The position numbers and the translations under genes are program-made. Below are positions 59,018 through 64,000 of a stretch of 64,000 nt of DNA, in pieces; the stretch's first letter is position 1, and each line of letters begins with the position of its first letter. The DNA lies in contig CAVVJT010000007.1 in NCBI GenBank assembly GCA_963748625.1, positions 704,001 through 768,000 of the forward strand, written 5' to 3'. The notes under the pieces were generated by a model that had not been told where the DNA came from, made no database searches, and was given only the letters and a program-made list of their open reading frames with translations. This DNA comes from an uncultured Chloroflexia bacterium (lineage in GTDB: Bacteria > Chloroflexota > Limnocylindria > Limnocylindrales > CSP1-4).

Positions 59018-60055
59018 TCAGTCGGCCAGCAGGGCGTCCAGCGCGTCGTCGGCATCGCCGTCCCAGCTGGTCCGCCGCTTGGCCCAGGGCGTCCCACGCC
59101 AGCCCCGTGCACGGTCCTTCACCCCGGCGACGATCGTTGGCCCCTCGGTTGCGGCCAGGTCCAGGGCTGCCTTGAGCGGCAGCAGCATCGCCTCGACCGT
59201 CCCGCCGTCGTCGGGCGAGAAGCGGTGCACGAGCTTGAGGAGGGCTGGCAGGTCGGTGATGTCACCCTGGTGGGCGAGCGCCATGGCCGCCAGGCCCGCC
59301 TCAGTGATGTCGTCCGACTCCAGCAGGGGACGCAGCGCCTTCGCCACCGCGTCGTCCTGCCCCCAACCGCCGAGCGTGATCAGCGCGCGGTGCCGCTCCG
59401 GGGACTTGGGGCTGCGCAGGCCTGCCACCAGCTCGTCGCGCCAGGCCAGCGTCTGCAGGCTCACCGGCACGCGATCCGGGCTGGCGATGGCCTCGGCCTC
59501 GATGTCGGGCGTGATCTCGAAGCCGAGCGGACTCATCATCGTGGCCCCGATGGAGCGCAGCTGCTGTGAGACACCCCGGTGCGCCGCATCCTCGCGGGCC
59601 GTGCCGTCCTCGTCGGACGAGGATCCAGCGGCCGCGCCGGCGACGATGGCACTGAGCATGTCCTCGGCCGTCCGCACGTGATCGTCGAGGCCCTCCGGGC
59701 CCAACGGCTCGGCGGCAAGGGGGGCCGGCAGGCCGACCAGCTCGCGCTGCGGATCCACCACCGCGAGGCCCGTCTCGTGGGCCAGCTGGGAGACCACGGG
59801 CACGAGCTCCTCCACCACGGACCACCCGATGCCGAGGAAGAGGTGGCGACGGTGGACATCGAGCTCCACCGGCAGCCCGTCGGGGCCCTCGCCGATGCCG
59901 GGGTACCGCCGCCGGAGCGCGGCCAGGAACGGGTCGAGCCGCTTGTCGTGGCCCAGGCCGATCCGCCAGCCGCCATCGCGGCGCTCGCGTTCGGCGTCGG
60001 CCTCGGCCCACGTGAAGGCGCGGTCGGCCGGCCACAAGTACAGGTCGTAGCCCAC
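59018..60055 (-). CDS. Hypothetical protein with HEAT-like C-terminal region
   Basis: GYDLYLW N-terminus, GLAVVDPQ, helical ALRPLLESDD region. Confidence 0.68.
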   Translation of the reverse strand: MGYDLYLWPADRAFTWAEADAERERRDGGWRIGLGHDKRLDPFLAALRRRYPGIGEGPDGLPVELDVHRRHLFLGIGWSVVEELVPVVSQLAHETGLAVVDPQRELVGLPAPLAAEPLGPEGLDDHVRTAEDMLSAIVAGAAAGSSSDEDGTAREDAAHRGVSQQLRSIGATMMSPLGFEITPDIEAEAIASPDRVPVSLQTLAWRDELVAGLRSPKSPERHRALITLGGWGQDDAVAKALRPLLESDDITEAGLAAMALAHQGDITDLPALLKLVHRFSPDDGGTVEAMLLPLKAALDLAATEGPTIVAGVKDRARGWRGTPWAKRRTSWDGDADDALDALLAD

Positions 60056-60246
60056 TGGTCGCGCACCCTCCGCTGCAGGCCGGACCGGTTCCGGCACCCA
60101 CAAGGCTACCGGTGACCCGACAATCAGGCGTGCAACTGCCCCGTGTCGGCCGGCAGCAAAGCACGGCGACCCGCACAACGGGCAGGCGCACACGGGGATC
60201 CGCCCCTACGCTGCGCCTGTCGGCCACCCGCAACGGAGCGTCAGGC

Positions 60247-61647
60247 ATGTCCAGCACGATCGGCGGTCGCGCCGATGCGGCCACCCGCAGCCTCTGGCTC
60301 GAACAGGCCGGCGACATCGGCGTGGTACGGCCCTCGCTCGATGGCGACACGACTGTGGACATCGTCATCGTGGGCGGGGGCATGACCGGGCTGTGGGCCG
60401 CCTACTACCTGGCCGTGGCCGACCCATCACGCTCGATCGTGGTCCTCGAGCGGGCGACGGTCGGGTTCGGGGCATCGGGGCGCAACGGAGGCTGGGCGAG
60501 CGCAGGCCTCGCGGGCAGCGCCGTCCGCTACGCGGAGCGCCGCGGCTGGCCGGTCGTGCAGGCGGCCACACGCCTCACCAATGCGACAGTGGACGTGATC
60601 GGGCGGGTGGTCACGACGGAGGGGATCGAGTGCGGGTGGGCGAAAGAGGGGTCGATCACGGTCGCCACCTCGGCCCCGCAGCTCCGACGGCTCCGGGCTT
60701 GGCACGCGACCGCCTCCCGGCAAGGCCTCATCGATCCCGAGGAGCGCCTGCTCGACCCCGGGGAGACGGCCGCGTTCGCCCGGGTCCCGGGCACCCTCGG
60801 TGGCTACTTCACACCGCACTGTGCAGGCCTGGATCCAGCCCGCCTGACGCGCGGCCTGGCACGGGCGGCGGAGGCACGCGGTGTCCGCATCCTCGAGGAC
60901 ACGGAGGCGCTCGAGGTCGGCCCCGGACAGGTCCGCACCGCTCGCGGCACCGTGTCGGCCGGCGTGGTCCTCCGTGCGACCGAGGCGTACACGACGCTGC
61001 TCCCCGGCGAGAGCCGCACCTACCTGCCGCTCACCTCGCTCATGATCGCGACCGAGCCGTTGCCTGCGGCCGCCTGGGACGCCATCGGCATGTCGCGCGG
61101 CATGACCATCAGGGACCGGCGCCACCTGTTCTTCTATGGCCAGCGCACGCAGGACGACAGGATGGCGATCGGCGGGCGCGGCGCCCCGTATCCGCTCCGG
61201 CGGCCGATCGACCAGCGCAACGAGCGCAACGCGCGCGTCCGAGCCCGCCTCACGGACACGCTGCGCAGCCACTTCCCGGCAGCAGCAGACGCCGCCATCA
61301 CCCACCACTGGGGCGGCACGCTGGCCGTCCCGCGCGACTGGAGCATGGCGGTGCACTTCGACCCGGCGAGTGGCCTCGGGTGGGCGGGTGGCTACGCGGG
61401 CCACGGCGTCGTTGCCGCAGCGATCGCGGGGCAGACCCTCGCCGACCTCGTGGACGATCGGCGGACGCCGCTGGTCACGATGCCGTGGGTGGGCCACCGG
61501 AGCCGGCGCTGGGAGCCGGAGCCGCTGCGCTACCTCGCGTCGCGCGCGATCGTCGGGGTGCTGGGCAGCGCGGATCGCCACGAGGATCGCACCGGCCGGA
61601 CGGCCAGGCGCGTCAGGCTCGTCGCTCCGTTCCTGCCGCCGGGCTGA
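60247..61647 (+). CDS. FAD-dependent oxidoreductase (DadA/PuuB-like)
   Basis: IVGGGMTG, GASGRNGG, MIATEPL, GGYAGHGV, WEPEPLR. Confidence 0.88.
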   Translation: MSSTIGGRADAATRSLWLEQAGDIGVVRPSLDGDTTVDIVIVGGGMTGLWAAYYLAVADPSRSIVVLERATVGFGASGRNGGWASAGLAGSAVRYAERRGWPVVQAATRLTNATVDVIGRVVTTEGIECGWAKEGSITVATSAPQLRRLRAWHATASRQGLIDPEERLLDPGETAAFARVPGTLGGYFTPHCAGLDPARLTRGLARAAEARGVRILEDTEALEVGPGQVRTARGTVSAGVVLRATEAYTTLLPGESRTYLPLTSLMIATEPLPAAAWDAIGMSRGMTIRDRRHLFFYGQRTQDDRMAIGGRGAPYPLRRPIDQRNERNARVRARLTDTLRSHFPAAADAAITHHWGGTLAVPRDWSMAVHFDPASGLGWAGGYAGHGVVAAAIAGQTLADLVDDRRTPLVTMPWVGHRSRRWEPEPLRYLASRAIVGVLGSADRHEDRTGRTARRVRLVAPFLPPG

Positions 61648-61681
61648 CGCGGACGGCCATCGGGGGGCTAGGATGCGCGTC

Positions 61682-63172
61682 ATGAGCGACACCATCCCCG
61701 ATCCCAAGCCGTCCGCGGCAATCCCGTCCGAGGAGCTCGCCGCGGAGTTCGACGCGGCTTGGCAGGCTGGGCTGCCACCTCAGGGGCCCCAATGGACTGC
61801 CCGCCCGTGGGTCGCGCCCACGGAGCGCGCGGCCGAGGGCAAGGCCGCCCGGACACGGGTCCCGCGCGGCACGCAGGCCGGGGTGAGCCTCGCCCGCGAC
61901 CGGGACCCGATCGCCATCCTCGCGGCCCAGGAGCAGGACCGGCTCCCGGCCCTCGTCCCGCTGCGCCACGAGCGCATGGCGTCATCCGCATTCGCCTACT
62001 ACCGGGGCACGCCGGCGGTCATGGCCTTCGACCTCTCGACCACCCCGTCGTCTGGGATCACCGTCCAGGCGAGCGGCGATGCGCACCTCTCCAACTTCGG
62101 GCTCTATGCATCCCCGGAGCGGACGCTGGTCTTCGACGCCAACGACTTCGATGAGACGCTGCCCGGGCCATGGGAGTGGGACGTCAAGCGCCTCGCCGCA
62201 AGCATCGTGATCGCGGGTCGTGCCAACGGGTTCACGGCTGCCCAGAGTCGCCTCGCCACGCTGGCGACCGTCCGCAACTACCGCCAGTGGATGGCCCGCT
62301 ACGCCGGATGGCGCCTGCTCGACATCTGGTATGCGCCGCTCACCGAGGTGTCGATCAGGGAGGCGGCGGAGGCCACCGGGGTCTTCAGCACCCGGGACGG
62401 CAAGGGTCGCCGGGAGCGGTTCGAGGCGATCTTCTCGAAAGCCCGCCAGCGCGACGGGATGCGCGCCTTCGAGAAGCTCACCGCTGTCGTCGACGGCCGC
62501 CGGGTGATCCTCGAGGACCCGCCGGTGGTGGAGCACATCCACGCCGAAGGCATGGTGGAGGTGCTTCAGAAGGTATTCATCGACTACCGCGCGACCATGC
62601 CCGCGGACCGGCGTGCGTTCCTGGAGCGCTATCGCTTCGTCGACTTCGCGCTCAAGGTGGTCGGCGTGGGGAGCGTCGGCACCCGCTGCTACATCATCCT
62701 GCTCGAGGGCCGCGACGAGAACGACCCGCTGATCATGCAGGCGAAGGAGGCGACGGCCTCGGTGCTGGAGCCGTATCTCGCGCCGAGCGAGCACCCGCAC
62801 CCCGGCCAGCGTGTCGTTGTCGGCCAGCAGATGATGCAGGCGGTCTCGGACATCTTCCTCGGCTGGACGACCGGACCCGCGGGCCGCGCCTTCTACATGC
62901 GCCAGCTGTGGGACATGAAAGGCTCCGTGGATACCACCACGCTACTGGCGCCGGGCCTCGGCTTCTACGGCGGCCTCTGCGGGTGGTCCCTTGCCCGCGC
63001 CCATGCGGTGACCGGTGACGCCGTTGCCATCGCCGCGTACCTGGGCACCAGCGACCGCTTCGATGGCGCCATCGCGGACTTCGCCGAGGCCTACGCGGAC
63101 ATCAACGAGGCTGACTACCGGGCCTACCTGGCCGCGATCGACGAGGGCCGCGTCAGCCTGCCGTCAGCGTGA
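61682..63172 (+). CDS. DUF2252 family protein, paralog 2
   Basis: AFAYYRG, GDAHLSNFG, NDFDET, KVVGVGSVG, RQLWDMKGS. Confidence 0.9.
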   Translation: MSDTIPDPKPSAAIPSEELAAEFDAAWQAGLPPQGPQWTARPWVAPTERAAEGKAARTRVPRGTQAGVSLARDRDPIAILAAQEQDRLPALVPLRHERMASSAFAYYRGTPAVMAFDLSTTPSSGITVQASGDAHLSNFGLYASPERTLVFDANDFDETLPGPWEWDVKRLAASIVIAGRANGFTAAQSRLATLATVRNYRQWMARYAGWRLLDIWYAPLTEVSIREAAEATGVFSTRDGKGRRERFEAIFSKARQRDGMRAFEKLTAVVDGRRVILEDPPVVEHIHAEGMVEVLQKVFIDYRATMPADRRAFLERYRFVDFALKVVGVGSVGTRCYIILLEGRDENDPLIMQAKEATASVLEPYLAPSEHPHPGQRVVVGQQMMQAVSDIFLGWTTGPAGRAFYMRQLWDMKGSVDTTTLLAPGLGFYGGLCGWSLARAHAVTGDAVAIAAYLGTSDRFDGAIADFAEAYADINEADYRAYLAAIDEGRVSLPSA

Positions 63173-63920
63173 TCTCCCAGCCGTGTCCAGCCGCCTTGGG
63201 CGGGTCCAGGCGCACCGGCCAGCGGTCGGCCAGCACGTCGACCAGCGCCGACAGGTCGCGCGGGTCCGCCCCAGACTCCAACAGGTATCGCGCGACCTGA
63301 CCTCGGGTGCGCTTGGTGATCACTGAAGCAGCCCGGCCGCCGCCTGGCTTGTCGGCCTGGATCGTTGCCGTCCGGTCGCCCATGCCCAGCGCCCGTCCGA
63401 GCGCCTGGTAGCCACCGGAACGCAGGTCGACGATGACGCCGCGCGCGCCCGCCGCCTCTCCCAGCACGCCAGGCAGCACGGTTCGCCACGCAGGCTCGAG
63501 CCGCTCGAGGCCGACGAGGTGCGAGCAGACGTGGAGCCGGTAGGGCGGGATCCGGTCAGCAGGCCGAAGTAGCCCCCAGAGCGACGATGCCACGACCAGG
63601 CGACGCGCCGCACGGCGTCGGGCCTCGGGCGAGATGGAGGCCCAGTCGAGGCCAAGGTGCACGGTGCCCGCGTAGACCTCGAGCGCGGGCCGTGCGGGGA
63701 GCTCGCGAAGGAGCGTGTTCCGGGCGACCTCCTCGAGGAACGACGGGCCGACCTGCAGCCGGTGCAGGGCGTCAGGGCTGGCAGACGTCTCGATCAGGGC
63801 GTCGAGCACTCGTCCGCGCATCTGCCCGAGCTCTGGGAACGAGAGGGCTTCGAGCGCCACCGGCCGACCCCGTGCTGGGGCCGCGGCCTTGGTCTCCGAC
63901 GACGGCAGGACGATCAACAC
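63153..63920 (-). CDS. yaaA: Peroxide stress protein YaaA (DUF328) family
   Basis: LIVLPSSETK, PALEVYAG, LWGLLRPADRIPPYRL, VDLRSGGY, KRTRG. Confidence 0.82.
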   Translation of the reverse strand: MLIVLPSSETKAAAPARGRPVALEALSFPELGQMRGRVLDALIETSASPDALHRLQVGPSFLEEVARNTLLRELPARPALEVYAGTVHLGLDWASISPEARRRAARRLVVASSLWGLLRPADRIPPYRLHVCSHLVGLERLEPAWRTVLPGVLGEAAGARGVIVDLRSGGYQALGRALGMGDRTATIQADKPGGGRAASVITKRTRGQVARYLLESGADPRDLSALVDVLADRWPVRLDPPKAAGHGWEITLTAG

Positions 63921-64000
63921 CGGGCCACTGTAGCGGGGGCCACCGCCGACGGCGCGGCCGGTGGTGGCGGGATGCCTCGCAGCGAAACGCGGACTCTCAA

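Overview
Very GC-rich bacterial window with about 57 genes and no rRNA, tRNA, CRISPR array or transposase. Gene style resembles Chloroflexota or Actinomycetota; this is an inference only. Content includes pfkA, a two-gene fused EtfBA plus FixCX/ETF-QO module, lipid kinase and phosphatase genes, SulP, an arylsulfatase with its radical-SAM maturase, PfkB/aldolase, a ferric-reductase plus FMN-binding pair, a P450, a DszB-like/rhodanese/CMD/BASS/NhaP/MalT-LuxR operon, GH63/GH13, zwf, CoADR-rhodanese, ppk2, an atypical P-type ATPase, amt-glnK, arsR-arsM-arsN2, two DUF2252 paralogs and yaaA. The best hidden signal is a dispersed palindrome (about TCRYCC-N5-GSRYGA) at seven intergenic sites. Each copy lies 21-23 bp from a -10-like hexamer, which outlines a candidate activator regulon across about 50 kb. 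Eight genes carry single-base indels that look like long-read sequencing errors. All family assignments come from motif recognition by eye, not database searches.
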